Program-made: the position numbers and the translations under genes
DNA from: Veleropilina oligotropha
Taxonomy: Eukaryota
Assembly: GCA_048128005.1 (NCBI GenBank)
Contig: JBEUKZ010000035.1
Coordinates: 1-64,000 of the forward strand
DNA length: 64,000 bases
Reading direction: 5' to 3'
Shown here: positions 27,156-39,194 of the stretch, one piece after another
Layout: every line of letters begins with the position of its first letter
Position numbering within the stretch: position 1 is the stretch's first letter
Notes under the pieces: generated by a model
Told to the model about the DNA's origin: nothing
The model's input: the letters and a program-made list of their open reading frames with translations, nothing else
Database searches by the model: none

Positions 27156-27924
27156 AGCTGAATACACGGGAGGGTGGAAGTGGGCGGACGGGGTAGTTTA
27201 AAAAGTATATATTTGGTAGTTGTGACTTTTACTACTACAACCCTTTAGATTGCCCTAATCTGAAGATCAAAGATCAGGCGATATACCGCAAAATAACCCC
27301 GAACCGGGAACACTGAGGCGGGTTAATAAAACCCAGCAAATAGACTAAAGAACGGGGGTTCTTTCTTAGAAAAAACTGCCCAAGAAAACCTCGTGGATGT
27401 TTTAAGTTAGTACAGTGGCGTATTATCCCAGTAACGGCAGGATATCAGAATAACTAATAGTTGATATCTAAACAATCCTGCCTTTTAACGACGCTAAATA
27501 TTTAGAATAAAATTACCAGCAATAAGCGTCGTTAAGGAATTATCCAATATAATGAGTTACCTGTTTGCAGTCTCAAACAATATCAGATAAATACTAGTAT
27601 ACCGACCAGAAATTACTTCTATACACGAAACTTCCCCTCTGAGCGGCCCTTGCTTTTCTCGGCAACGGCGGCGATGTCGGTTTCACCCAAACTCCAACTT
27701 TCTTCGAAGTTAGTTTTCAAGTATCAATCTTCCTTAATTCACTGATGTATATCACTCCAGGTATATTCCAGTGCTTATAACTTTGTTTTTATATAGTTAT
27801 AAGTCTTATTTAGATTATCTATGCGGACAATTTGCGGAGCAAAACAAAACACGTTTTTCCGTCATGGCGGAAAACTTTGAATTGAGGTCTTGTGATCTCG
27901 AGCTCGGATATCTCGCGAGTAAAA

Positions 27925-28072
27925 AAGTGCAGGATAAAAGCACATAGCAAAAGTGAAAGTTGTTAGTAAGAAAGTATGGGGAGTTTAAAGAGAAAGGGTG
28001 GTTTGGGATATGGCAGCCTTGAAAGATTCCAAGGTTGGGGCCTATGCGACAGTCTGTGGCAGTGCATTCCAA
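27925..28072 (-). mobile_element. 3' end of the CR1/L2-group LINE that starts at 10735
   Basis: Minus strand reads agaacgatcatcctttggaatgcactgcca (RTIILWNALP), continuing 12564-12577. Confidence 0.8.
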
Positions 28073-28086
28073 AGGATGATCGTTCT

Positions 28087-29091
28087 TGGTTGGTTGTTTT
28101 TTCTTGTTTTACCCTCGAGGTCTTCCACGTTATCCGCGATTTCGACCTCAGGACTTTGTTTTTCGGTTTTCATTTCTTTGTAGATGATTTATCAATACCG
28201 TTGTACTGCACTACATTCATGAATTGTATTATATGCACATTTTATTATATAAATGGTGCTGTTATTCGTTAAATAATGGCAAAAATATAATCGGTAATTC
28301 ACTGATAACTCAAGTGAGTGAAAATATTTTCCATATTTCACTCTCGTGAGTGAAAATATCAAAAACGCGTCATAAATTGACGTCATGAAAACGTTGTCCA
28401 TGGTGACGTCGTCTATGGTGACGTTATGATTGCGAACTACATTTCAACATTACAATGTCAACATTGCACGCGTTCGTTCTTCCACAAAAATAAGCATGGC
28501 TATACAATGGTAACATTATTTAATTGATAACTAATCCATTTATATAATAAATAGAGCATTCAATGTTATGTCAGAAATATTAAATATATTTTGTCTCGTG
28601 AACTATATCCTAGCCGATTCACTCAAGGCCTACGGCCTTTCGTGAATCCGCTAGGATATATTTCACGCGACAAAATATATTTAATATTTCTGACATACCA
28701 TCAAATACCCTCTATATCTATTGGTAGAAGAGGTTTCAAACCTCCTAAGTTGCATATTTATATGTACATTATATGTTATATACCTAAATAGTTAGTAATA
28801 TGTGTTTGTGTCACATATATGTATATGTCATTTAATTAACTGTGTAGTTTATAGTACTTTTATTTTAATATTCTTTGTTATGGAGGGACTCAGGGAAGAT
28901 TGGTTCACTGAACTAACTGTAATCTCTCTGGAAATAAAGTATTTATTATTATTATTATTATTATTCGAGTTTCTTATGTGGGAACCATTTCCGTCACGAC
29001 ATACCATCTTTGGACATGGAGGGCAGACATGCAAACCAACGGCCCCTCTAGGGGTCACCATTTAAAAAACTGTAATGTGAAAGAAAAGCAA
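28087..29091 (-). mobile_element. Terminal 3' UTR and A/C-rich tail of the old I-group LINE, inverted and interrupted by insertions at ~28190-28965
   Basis: Reverse complement of 28970-29091 matches 46930-47040; reverse complement of 28087-28190 matches the terminal stem-loop and tail at 47070-47160. Confidence 0.85.
28552..28714. mobile_element. Long imperfect hairpin of a non-autonomous element, possibly Crypton-type
   Basis: ~75-bp inverted arms around cactcaaggcctacggcctttcgtg; related cactctcgtgagtg motif at 28340. Confidence 0.55.
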
Positions 29092-30023
29092 ATGTAGTTA
29101 CAAACATACTTACGTCCTTACTCTTGCCATAATAGTCATATTATCGCCAACCGGAAACAGTGAATAATGTCACATTTATGCACTTATTTAAGTCAAACAT
29201 ACTATGATTACCTCCCCTGCTCTCCCTCTCTAAGTTCCCCCAGCGAGATCTCGCCAAGTCTCGCGAGATATCCGAGCTCGAGATCACAAGACCTCAATTC
29301 AAAGTTTTCCGCCATGACGGAAAAACGTGTTTTGTTTTGCTCCGCAAATTGTCCGCATAGATAATCTAAATAAGACTTATAACTATATAAAAACAAAGTT
29401 ATAAGCACTGGAATATACCTGGAGTGATATACATCAGTGAATTAAGGAAGATTGATACTTGAAAACTAACTTCGAAGAAAGTTGGAGTTTAGGTGAAACC
29501 GACATCGCCGCCGTTGCCGAGAAAAGCAAGGGCCGCTCAGAGGGGAAGTTTCGTGTATAGAAGTAATTTCTGGTCGGTATACTAGTATTTATCTGATATT
29601 GTTTGAGACTGCAAACAGGTAACTCATTATATTGGATAATTCCTTAACGACGCTTATTGCTGGTAATTTTATTCTAAATATTTAGCGTCGTTAAAAGGCA
29701 GGATTGTTTAGATATCAACTATTAGTTATTCTGATATCCTGCCGTTACTGGGATAATACGCCACTGTACTAACTTAAAACATCCACGAGGTTTTCTTGGG
29801 CAGTTTTTTCTAAGAAAGAACCCCCGTTCTTTAGTCTATTTGCTGGGTTTTATTAACCCGCCTCAGTGTTCCCGGTTCGGGGTTATTTTGCGGTATATCG
29901 CCTGATCTTTGATCTTCAGATTAGGGCAATCTAAAGGGTTGTAGTAGTAAAAGTCACAACTACCAAATATATACTTTTTAAACTACCCCGTCCGCCCACT
30001 TCCACCCTCCCGTGTATTCAGCT

Positions 30024-32284
30024 ATGGTCCGGTGCAGCAACTCCGGGTGTAACCAGAAGATCCACGGATTTGATAGGCACACGGAATGCCGTGTTCACCG
30101 TAGCTGTAGTAAGTTGTACAAATGTGAACTGTGCCTAATTTTAACAGAGAGGCAGTGGGCGCTTATTTTCCCACCCGTGAAGTCGACCAGGGCGACTGCT
30201 ACGGTGGGTCCTCCCCCGGAGAAGGGACAAGAGAATGTTGGTAAGTTAAGGGATAACGTTTCTTCTTTGTCTGTTTCAGGGACGCTGGATGACAGTCAAC
30301 CTAAGGTACCGTCTGTCGCCGGATCGACCGGCGAAACCTCGGCGACTCTGGGGGGAGTCGCCGAGACCTTGCCGGTACCCCAGATTCAGGTAGGAGCCCC
30401 AGTGCTGTCCGATCCTCCTCAAACGGGCCTAGTAACTGCAGCCAACCATACCTTGCCGGCTAGCAAGGTATATCTGGCAGCGCAGCGAACAGCTGAACAG
30501 GGCAGACGATCCCCATCCTATTCTTCGGCCTCGAAGAATACGGGGAACGTTAGTCCTTCTGCGGGAAACTCTCCGTTTAGCGACGGAGAGCAACCCAATG
30601 AGAAAGCCTTTCAAGAGGCCGGACACCATTACGATGGTCTAAGATCCGGACAATTGGCGACACCTGAACACTCGTCCGAGACCGACGCGACTAACCCTTG
30701 GGTTTTTCCGCTCAACCTCGGAGCTCACGAGTCTTTCAGAGGGCCCGTTCTCTCCCGTGCACCCCCCGTGGTCACGCTAGATAACGTGGACAGACCGGCT
30801 GCATTCGGGCAGAGGTTCTACGGTGATCCCATCGTGCCTCGCTCGAACAGAGTGGTAGACCAGTACGGACTGTGGCCGCAGTCCTACAGGTCGCCCGGTC
30901 CACTGAATGCGCCTTCGGGCCATTCTTTTGGTTACGACCACTCGACGCGTGACCCGAGACCCTGGTTCTCGGCTCCACCCGTCCGTGCAGCCTGTCTACC
31001 TTGCGCCACGGTGACTTCGACCGAACTACCGGCTGTTAGTTCGATGCCCGTCATGCCTCCGGGTTTCTCGTACGAGAACTTCCAGGCTATGTTCGCGGCG
31101 GAGTTCGAGTCCCGATGTAAGGCCTGGCAACCGGCTCCCCAGCCGCACCAGTTCCCTACATCTCTGCCCCTGGCGCAGAGCACGGCTCCTGCCTCCGTGA
31201 TGGAGATCGACCCTCGTTCCGACGAGGACCTCGACTCCGTTCACTCCGACCTCCCTGAATCGGTCGGGCCCGAAGACACTGGTAGTCTTTCAGGCACACA
31301 GGAGCCGACCTCCACCACCCGCCGAAGGCTAGACGCCGTTGCGTCACTTCGCGGGGTGCTTGACCTGCCGGAACCAACCCGGTCGGATGTAGGCCCGGTC
31401 AAGCACAGAACGGCGGCACATCGGTTTGTTGAGAAGGAAGCCCCCTTGCTTCCTTCCTTACCTCAGTCTGGGCTAGTTGATCTTGTCGTCGACACGACAA
31501 CCAAGCTTATTCAGGGGCGCAATCCGGTGGAGTCCTCCCCGCTAACCGAGTTCCCTTCGGGGTTTCGTAGTGGGCGGTACCTCCGGATCAGTTCGCGTTC
31601 GATCCCGTTCGCGTGTACTGGTCCGTGCCTGGCGACTGAGCCGGCTCGTGTAGACGCAGCGATTCGTCGACTGACCGCCAGTCACACTCCCTCCGTAGCG
31701 AAAGTTCCTTGGTCCGCCTTGGAAGCTTTCGAGAGCTCCGCCCGACGGGCTCTGCGGCTGTCGTCCGTTCAGGATTTTTTCCTAGACGGAGCGATAGCCG
31801 TATTACAGGAGGAAGGACCCGGCGCCCGTGAGGCAGCCCTGTCCTTCCTCCAGGAGGTTGCTGCCGTGATGGAGACCAGCGCGTTGGAGACGGGACGTGT
31901 CCTGGGTAACGCTCTCCTACTTCGTAGGGACTGAGGGATGCTTGCCTGGAAGGCACCTCGCTAGATGAAGCCACCCGGCGTTCATTGCGATGCGTGCCTT
32001 GCTCGGCCACCACTCTGTTTGGCGACAATTTTACGGCATTCGTCGACAAGAGAGCGGCGGATCTGAAGGACCGTGCCATCGAGAAGGCGGTACTGCACCC
32101 CCCCCCCCGGGGTCCACCCGCCGACTCGAGGAAGCGCTCAGGGCCCACCCGGACCCCGCAGCCTTCCAAGCGTGCAAGGCCCTCTTCTGGTGGTAGGCCC
32201 CCGGCCAATAAACCCACTCAGAAGAGGCAAGCACCTCCAACGAAATCCCGTAAGCAGAGCGGGAGAGGGAAGCCTCGGCCCTAG
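30024..32284 (+). pseudogene. DIRS gag-like ORF1, frameshifted near 31930
   Basis: N-terminal C/H cluster CSNSGC...DRHTECRVHRSC...CELC; LLRRD continues as DACLEG...TLFG in another frame after an apparent 8-bp insertion (agggactgagggat). Confidence 0.8.
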
Positions 32285-32319
32285 GGCTGCCGGCACACAC
32301 GACGGTCCCAGCTGCCCGC

Positions 32320-34354
32320 TTCCGCTGGTGGGAGCGTGTCTGTTAGCGTACAGCCAGCCGTGGCTAGACCTAACAGACAGCAACTGGGTCCACTCAGTCG
32401 TGAGTGCCGGATACAAGTTGGCATTCAACCGGCATCCGAGCCTAACCGAGGCACCACCACCAAGCCGCGCTCGCACTCTGCAAGGCGAGAAACAAGCGGT
32501 CTTAGACCAGGCAGTGCGGGACTTACTCCTCAAAGGAGCGATATATCCTGCGCCGCCCAGCACACCAGGATTTTACAGCCATTTCTTCCTGGTCCCGAAA
32601 CCCGATGGCCGCTGGCGACCGATCCTCGATCTCTCGAATCTCAACCGATATCTTCGCACCGAGAAATTCCAGCAAGAAACCCTCTCGAAGATACGAGCGG
32701 CCATCCGTCCGGGAGACTGGGCAGCGTCTATCGATCTGACGCGTATCTGCATGTCCCGATGCATATCACGGCTCATCAGTACCTTCGGTTTATACACGGG
32801 GAGACGATCTACCAATTCAGGTGCCTACCGTTCGGTCTATCGTCAGCCCCGTACGTCTTCACGAGAACAGTACAGGCCCTCGGAGCCTTCCTACACTCTC
32901 TAGGGCACATGGTACATATGTACCTCGACGACTGGTTGATCCTCGGGGCGTCCCGAGATCTGTGCCACCGGTCTACGAGCTTTACCCTGTCATCGGCGAA
33001 GCGCCTGGGATTTCAGATCAACGAGACAAAATCCTGCTTCGTACCCTCCAAGACGTTTACATTCCTCGGAGTCGACTTCGACACGGTCCGGTACACCGCG
33101 AAGCCGACCCAGAAACGTATACGGAACCTACACGCGGTTATTCAGGACACCTTGTCATCGGAGATAACTACGGCGCGACAACTGGCCACTGTCCTGGGGC
33201 ACATCGAGTCGGTAGCGACCCTGCTACCGACGGGTCGAATGGACAAACGACCGTTACAACAGGCGTTCAGAGATCGCTGGATACAACGGACGGGGCAGTG
33301 GACGGATCGTATCGATCTTCGGCATTTGTTTACCAGCACGACAGCAGTGTGGTTGAACCCTGCTTTGCCGAACCAGTCGGTTCCTATATCCCCGCCAGAG
33401 CCGAACGCTTACCTGTTCACAGACGCTTCGAACGACGGCTGGGGTGGTCACCTCGACAGTTACGAGACATCGGGCCTATGGCCCACGGACCTTCAGGGAC
33501 GACACATCAACTTCCTAGAGTTAGAAGCCGTCTACCTGACAGTACGGTCCCTCTCGTCACATCTCTGCAACAAGCACATAATGCTCGCCACGGACAACAC
33601 GACTGTCGTCGCTTACAATCAGCACCAGGGCGGCACTCGCTCGCGTCCCCTTTGCGACCGAGCAATCGACCTACACCGCCTAGTGATGTCCCTCAACTCG
33701 ACGATTCGAGCCCGACACATCCCGGGAAAGCTGAATGTCAGAGCGGACTCGCTCTCTCGGAAATCACAGATAATACACACAGAGTGGACGCTACACAGCC
33801 GAGTAGCTCGGGACGTTTGTCGCCGGTGGTCACAACCCCAAGTCGATCTGTTTGCAACAGAATTCAATTACCGACTACCTCTGTATGTCTCCCCGTACCC
33901 GGACCCGGCCGCCCTAGCGGTCGACGCACTGTCAATGACATGGGAGAATCTGTCTGCGTATGCCTTCCCCCCGTCGTCCATTCTGACACTCGTACTACGG
34001 AAGGCATCGAACGAACGTTGCGAGATAACGCTAATCGCGCCCCTGTATCGCACGCAACCTTGGTTTCCGACCCTCCTCGATCTGATCGTCGATCGACCGT
34101 TAGCGCTCCCGCAGAGACCGGACCTGTTAATGCAGGCGCGCAGTTGTGTATTACACCCATCGCCGAACGACTTACGTTTACACGCCTGGCGGTTATCGAA
34201 CGATCCCTCGCTAAGAAAGGATTTTCTCGCGCTACAGCCCTACGCATCTACCGATCGAGAAGGCTTTCCACGTGTAAAGTTTACGACTACCGATGGGTCA
34301 AATACGTGGATTGGTGTCACAGCCGGCAAGTCAATATTCTCCGCCCCCCTGTGA
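32320..34354 (+). pseudogene. DIRS RT-RNase H-methyltransferase-like ORF, frameshifted near 32740
   Basis: ASIDLT and DAYLHVP are in different frames; YLDD, TDAS, HINFLEL, TDN, ADSLSR; MT-like DLFA...DAL...YAFPP. Confidence 0.9.
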
Positions 34355-35160
34355 ACAAGTTTATCAAGTTTTTAACATCGCTCTTTGAACGCGGTATGTC
34401 AGTGTCCGCCGTCAAAGGCTATCGGGCAACGGTCGCGACCACATTAAAACAGTGCCATGCCCATGTTAGCCTGTCAAGCGATCGAACGATTTCGGATTTT
34501 ATACGATCCTACGAACTCGAAATTCCGACCCGAACAATACGGCCGCCTGCCTGGAACATCGTTCTCATTCTTAACGCTCTACTATTAACGCCGTACGAGC
34601 CTATGTCCTCGGCGTCTATGAGGAACTTAACGCACAAAACGGTTTTTCTTATCGCCCTAGCGTCGGGCAGGCGTTGTTCCGAGATTCATAGTTTATCCGC
34701 AGAGCTACGAGACGTTCGCTTCCAGTCAGACGGGTCGGTGATGCTGCGTTCTATCTTGGGCTTTCTCGCCAAGAATCAACGGCCGAACGAGGACGCCCCC
34801 GACATCATTATCCCCAAGCTTACGCTGGTCGAAAGGCACGATATAGATCGGTTAAACTGCCCCGTGCGGGCCCTACGCTACTACCCCGACAGGACCCGTG
34901 ATATGCGGCAAGGAAAACTACGTTTATTCATTTCGTATTTACCTTCTTATACCCGCGACATTACGAAGACGACTGTTTCGCGGTGGATTTCACAGGTAGT
35001 GAGAGATGTATACTCTCGCTGTGAAGAAGTAGACCGCACTATTGTATCAGTGCGCGCGCACGAGGTCCGTGCAATTGCAGCTGGGGCTGATGGATTGAGC
35101 AGTCTGCAGTGTGTGGCTGCTCAACGATGTATTGTTAGACCGAGGTCGTCTAATCAGTGA
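32821..35160 (+). pseudogene. DIRS tyrosine recombinase ORF, C-terminally truncated
   Basis: YR domain ~34190-35080 with R (GRRCSEI) and HxxR (HEVR); AT-rich unrelated sequence follows at ~35085-35610. Confidence 0.85.
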
Positions 35161-35961
35161 GTATTGTTTCTTGATTTGTCAATTAAACACTTCGTGCTGA
35201 CGCAGTGTTATTTGTCATGCCTATCTGTTCTATGAAATAGACACATTATGAGGCGATTCAATGTATGTTCATTTCTTAAAAACATTTTAAGATTTTGATA
35301 CTTTCATGTCATACCTGAGTATTTTGACAGGCCAGTTCACATTGAATTTAATAAACATTTATATTGCAAAAGTCTTATAGGATTTTGAGGTTCAATATTA
35401 TTGATGTTCTATGCTGTTACAGAACATACTAGTTCAAGACATTGAAAAAATTTTAATATTTGCTTCCTTAAAATTTATTTTAAGTAACATGTTGTACCAT
35501 GTTAGCTATTCGCAAGTTGGTCATGCGAATCACTTATTAATATCGATTATTATTAATAATCTATTAATTCTTTGCTTAAGATTTGATGTATTCACAGCCT
35601 AACTATTAGGTTCTGTGTGCCTACAAATCCGACTGCTTCCTCTGGCTACCGACCGTTGGTCCGGAGTACCAGTTGGCTGCCACTGGTCCATGACACGTAA
35701 GACCTACAAGGATCCATCCTTCCGGCCGTGCTTGGGGCTGATTGCAATTCCATTCACCTCGTCCGACTAACACCACGGCGTATTCTCCCGGTAACACTGG
35801 TCGAAATTATCGCCTGGTAAGAGTAGAATATAATACTCAGTAAATTCCACTCTGGGCGGACACAATCGACGCTTCATGCTGATTGAGATGGTGAAAAGTA
35901 AGTCATAATCTTGTTTGGGTTTGTTGTAAGGAACTTCTTACCCACCTATCCAAGGTCATTC

Positions 35962-36057
35962 TGGCAAGAGTAAGGACGTAAGTATGTTTGTAACTACATA
36001 TGAGGTTTTTAAGTAAACCTAATATTAGTATAAAACATATATACTTACGTCCTTACT
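35962..36057 (+). other. DIRS internal complementary region (ICR)
   Basis: tggcaagagtaaggacgtaagtatgtttgtaactacat is the reverse complement of the left terminus; atgaggtttttaagtaaacctaatattagtataaaaca is the reverse complement of the right terminus. Confidence 0.9.
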
Positions 36058-39000
36058 ACGATTACCCACCCTGCGCTTTCGCATTCCTCCCCTCTTACTA
36101 AGTTCCTTTGGGGTTCTGAACTTTGAATTGAGGGCTTGTGATCTCGAGCTCGGATATCTCGCGAGACTTGGCGAGATCTCGCCGGGGGAACTTAGAGAGG
36201 GAGAGCAGGGGAGGTAATCATAGTATGTTTGACTTAAATAAGTGCATAAATGTGATATTATTCACTGTTTCCGGTTGGCGATAATATGACTATTATGGCA
36301 AGAGTAAGGACGTAAGTATGTTTTATACTAATATTAGGTTTACTTAAAAACCTCATTTTAGTAGTACAGTATATGAAGTTACATTACGATTATTGAAAAG
36401 TTATAACATAGAATTTACTTGGTAGTTGAAAGGTACTTCCGTATATTGAAATTTATAATGGTTAATTTATTTCTAAAGTGAACAAAATAAGTTAAGTTAA
36501 CGAGTGAGAAAATAAAGGATATATAATCGTTACATAACGATTTAAACATAAGTTATTACTTGCGTTATGTAGAGTTGAAATGTGAAATCTAGATAATAAT
36601 GTTACATAGTTTCTAAAAAAAGAAGAGAGGGTGGAGAAAGTGTGTAGGTGAACGCCAGTTGTTTGTTTGTATGTATTTAGGTTATTTTATTTTATTTTAT
36701 GTACGAACTTTCCCGCGATTTAAAAGACCGCATCATGAGATGTCGCATTGACAGTGTCTATAGCCACTCTGTCAAAGCATTGGGCTGCTTTCATTAATAA
36801 TGAATGTATCGTTGACGTTTATTGTATGTGGTATAGCACATTCCCTCGAATTTTACAGCCCTTCCTTACTAACACCTTAGTATGAATCTGATGTTGCTTG
36901 CATAGTGACTATTGCCCCTCTGTCAATAGCATTGAGCCGCTTTCATTATTTGTGAATGTGCTAGACCTATATCAGAAACAAAAAAGTAGAGGGGAAAATC
37001 CTGTTATATTCTCTCCACCATGAGTATGTCAGGATTGTGTTTTTAGGGTAGTTTGTATGTATGTACTGTAGGTTGTTTTATATGATTTTGTTTACGCACT
37101 TTCCCACGATTTATTTAGACCTTCGCTGCTTCGTATCATGAGATGTCGCATTGACAGTGTCTATAACCCCTCTGCCAAAGCATTGGGCCGCTTTCATTAC
37201 TTATGAATGTGCCGTAATCTTTTATTGTATGTGGTATAACACATTCCTTCAAATTGTATAGCCCTTCCTTACTAACACGTTAATGTGATGTTGCTTGGAT
37301 AGCAGCTATTGCCCCTCTGTCAATAGCATTGAACCGTTTTCATTAATTGTGGATGTGCTAGACCTAAATGAAAGAAAAAATGCAGAAGGAAAAAGTAGAG
37401 GGGAAATCCTGGTATATTTTCTTCACCGTGAGTGATTCAGGATTGCGGTTTAAGGTAGTGGCTGTATATGCAGGAAATACAAAATGAGGTGCTTATCACT
37501 GTTATATAATATAATATTTTAAAGTTTTTTGGGGGGATTATAGTTTTTCATTTATTTTTTTGGTAGTTTGAGGGAGTTTTGCTGTACTGGCCTCCCTCTC
37601 CTCTTATCGCTAAGTCTGTTTGTACCAGTTTCTGTAGTGTTGGCGCACTTTGTTACATTTTGTTTATATATCCGATGTCGGTTATGTATATTGCTAAATG
37701 TTGTCGAGATATAGTTTGTTTTTTACGTGGCGAGTTGCCGCCTTTAGACAAACCGCACACGGTTGTTTGCCTAGAATCAAACCAACTCGTTGACTAACTA
37801 GTTAAAATTGTATGCGGGCCGGCTTTAGACAAACCGCGTGCGGTTGTTTGCCTAGAATCAAACCAACTCGTTGACTAACTAGTTAGACTATTGTTGTGGG
37901 TTATTTTCTTACTGAGGTGGGGTGCATTTGTCTATATGTTATTGATATAGCCAGAGTCAGTTATGTACTTTGCTAATGCTCCATATGTGAAGTGAGCTAC
38001 TGGTTCATTCAGAGCTAGCAAAATTTTGGTGTCTATATCAAAAATATTAATACTTTTTTAAGGTATCTTTGAGTTTTTGTCGTTCGTGTGAATGAGCGGT
38101 GCATTCCAGGAGATAATGTTCCACTGTCTCCGGGATGTTGCAGTTGTTACAGTTAGGTGAATTGCACGACTTAATTGTATGTCTGTGTGCTAGTAGACCC
38201 GAATGTCCGAGCCTAAGTCGTGTGATTGTTATGGTTTCTAATTCACTAGTTTTCATATTGATAGGTTTTCTTAATTTATTTTTTAGCTTGAAAAGGTGTC
38301 TGCCTCTATTGTGATGGGTCCATAGGTCTTTCCATTCACTGGCGATATGTGCTTTGATGATACTTTGCACTTCCTTGTGGCTGAATTGAATGTTATCTAG
38401 GTTGTGGTCCATATTATTTAGGCCTCTTTTGTCTGCTATATCTGCTAATTCATTACTTAAAATGCCTACATGAGCTGGGATCCATTCGAGATTAACTTCA
38501 ATATCTTTATCTCATAGTTGTTTATTTAATGATTTGATTCTATTAATTAGATCAGGTCTGGCTGAGTTTGTCGCAGGTTGTAAAGATATGAAGTCTGCTT
38601 AATAATAATAATAATGTGAAGATTTATCTGCGCTTTCCCACACATATGAAATGCGTGCTCAAAGCGCTTACATTATTATTCCCCTGGTTATTGGCCTGTT
38701 CATTCATATTCCTTCTCAACTCTCTCTGAGAGTATTACGGTCAAGTACATGCCTGTTAGGCGCTTGACCAGTCATTCTGACATATTCTGCCACTGCCAAC
38801 CAGGTACCCATTTAGATCTCAGATCGGCTGGGTGAACCGAGGCAATATATGCTTTAATTCCTTGCCCAAGGGAAGTCGCCGGGATCGGGGTTGAACCCCA
38901 AACCTCTCGAGTGAGAGGCCAGTGCATCTACCACTGTACCACGGCTGCATAATGAGTCCAAAAAAATTACAACTTTATTTGGTTCATTCTCGTTTATTAT

Positions 39001-39194
39001 AATCCTTGCCTGTTCGATTGCTACAAGTTATGTGGTGTATACCGACAGGTTGTTTGGTAGTTTGTATGCTTTATTTATTTTTATTTCAGGAATGACTACT
39101 CTGCTGAGTTTTGCAGACAGTGTAAAATTGGGCATACAAACCAAGGTACGCCTGTCTCAACCAAAAGTAAAGACAACAAACCTTTCCGATAATT

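Larger units (their letters stand above)
18064..27919 (+). repeat. Left arm of a ~9.86 kb inverted duplication
   Basis: Reverse complement of 29260-39114; mirrored ORFs with identical or near-identical translations. Confidence 0.97.
20822..27919 (-). mobile_element. DIRS1-like retrotransposon, mirror copy; its 5' ITR is cut at the palindrome breakpoint
   Basis: Reverse complement of 29260-36356. Confidence 0.95.
29092..36356 (+). mobile_element. Structurally complete DIRS1-like tyrosine-recombinase retrotransposon with inactivated ORFs
   Basis: ITRs ~29101-29306 and ~36120-36323 plus a 3' extension to 36356; ICR at 35962-36057 complementary to both outer termini; overlapping gag, RT/RH/MT and YR ORFs; inserted in the LINE 3' UTR with no long TSD. 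Confidence 0.95.
29260..39114 (-). repeat. Right arm of the inverted duplication
   Basis: Reverse complement of 18064-27919. Confidence 0.97.
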
